Shown: piece by piece, positions 63,218 to 64,000 of the stretch
Position numbering within the stretch: the first letter of the stretch is position 1
How the letters are laid out: each line of letters begins with the position of its first letter
Source of the DNA: an uncultured Trueperaceae bacterium
GTDB taxonomy: Bacteria > Deinococcota > Deinococci > Deinococcales > Trueperaceae
Length of the DNA: 64,000 bases
Direction of reading: 5' to 3'
Assembly: GCA_963815215.1 (NCBI GenBank)
Contig: CAWFFU010000014.1
Coordinates: 18,112-82,111 of the forward strand
Position numbers and translations under genes: made by a program
The notes under the pieces: model-generated
What the model saw: only the letters and a program-made list of their open reading frames with translations
Database searches by the model: none
What the model was told of the DNA's origin: nothing

Positions 63218-64000
63218 GTGATTCGAGCGCGCGTATTGGTCTTGGTGGCGTTGGCGTTGGTAGTGGTGCTTGCCGCTTGTGCTCAGGTGAGCGCGCCAAC
63301 AGTTGGCGTGTCGGCAACGGTTGGCGTGTCGGTGTCGTTTCCGGCGGTGAGCGTGGTGGTCGGGCCGGGTAGGGGTAGCTCGGTCACTGTGGTGGTGACG
63401 CCGCCGGCGGGGTTCAGCGGCTCGCTGGGGTTGAGCCTGCAGACTCGACGGGCAAGGTGTTCCCGGGCGTGAGTCTGTACCCGAGCACGGTCTCGGTGAA
63501 GAACGGTGAGCCTGTCGTGCAGCCGGTGTTGGTGGATGCGGCGGAGAGCTCCCTGGCGGGGAACTATCCGTTGACGTTGCGCGTGTCGGGCGCTGGGTTG
63601 GCGGGCAGCAGCCCGCTGGCGTTGGTGCTCACCTACAGCGGCACCTTCCAGGCGCGGACGTCCTACGCCGTCGGCAGCTACCCGCAGTCGGTGGCGGTGG
63701 GGGACTTCAACGGGGATGGCAAGCCCGACCTCGCCGCCGCCAACAGCAGCGCTTCCAACGTGTCGGTGTTGTTGGGCAACGGGGACGGCACCTTCCAGAC
63801 GCAGACGTCCTACGCGGTCGGCAGCACCCGTCCTCGGTGGCGGTGGGGGACTTCAACGGGGACGGCAAGCCCGACCTTGTCGTCGCGAACGGTGGCAGCA
63901 ACACGGTGTCGGTGTTGTTGGGGAACGGGACGGCACCTTCCAGGCGCAGACGTCCTACGCCGCCGGCAGCGGGCCGCTCGCGGTAGCGGTGGGGGACTTC
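63218..64000 (+). CDS. Lipoprotein with Ig-like domain and FG-GAP/VCBS repeats; frameshifted and truncated by the window end
   Basis: Lipobox LAAC; repeated VAVGDFNGDGKPDL..AN..SNxVSVLLGNGDGTFQ units across frames; apparent single-base losses near 63443, 63829 and 63929. Confidence 0.75.

Noticed and set aside
62647..63317. Pro-rich and Gly-rich ORFs over the poly-C tract
   Set aside because: They are translations of low-complexity, probably artefactual sequence

Overview
Very GC-rich bacterial chromosomal window. Gene content, TAGACT/TAGCGT-type -10 boxes and several apparently leaderless genes are compatible with a Deinococcota-like organism (inference only). From left to right: (1) a hexuronate catabolic operon lacI-uxaE-uxuB-larA-like(gntE?)-gntK-uxaC, divergent from a TRAP transporter with fused DctQM; (2) a candidate structured RNA, a ugpBAE-like ABC importer and a convergent aldo-keto reductase; (3) a GldA/GldF-GldG/DUF4340 ABC operon; (4) a 7TM-PAS-GAF-GAF-PAS sensor with no output domain, patatin, Rrf2, AspT and pckA; (5) a 15-kb peptidoglycan/amino-sugar recycling locus (SIS deaminase, murQ, GntR, sugar ABC, NamZ-sugar kinase fusion, CE7 esterase, peptide ABC, AmiE-like hydrolase, anmK); (6) ClC-RCK_C, thiI-rhodanese, LysR and a persulfide-dioxygenase/rhodanese/SulP operon whose promoter carries both a LysR box and a CsoR/CstR-like operator; (7) envelope-stress-like genes, a DesK/DesR-type system with ABC exporter, and tRNA-Val(CAC); (8) a probably low-quality poly-C tract and a frameshifted FG-GAP-repeat lipoprotein gene running off the end. 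Two intergenic copies of an unrecognised ~180-200 bp inverted-repeat element (15661-15839, 49797-49998) and many 12-15 bp micro-duplications also occur. All calls come from reading motifs by eye; no database searches were run.
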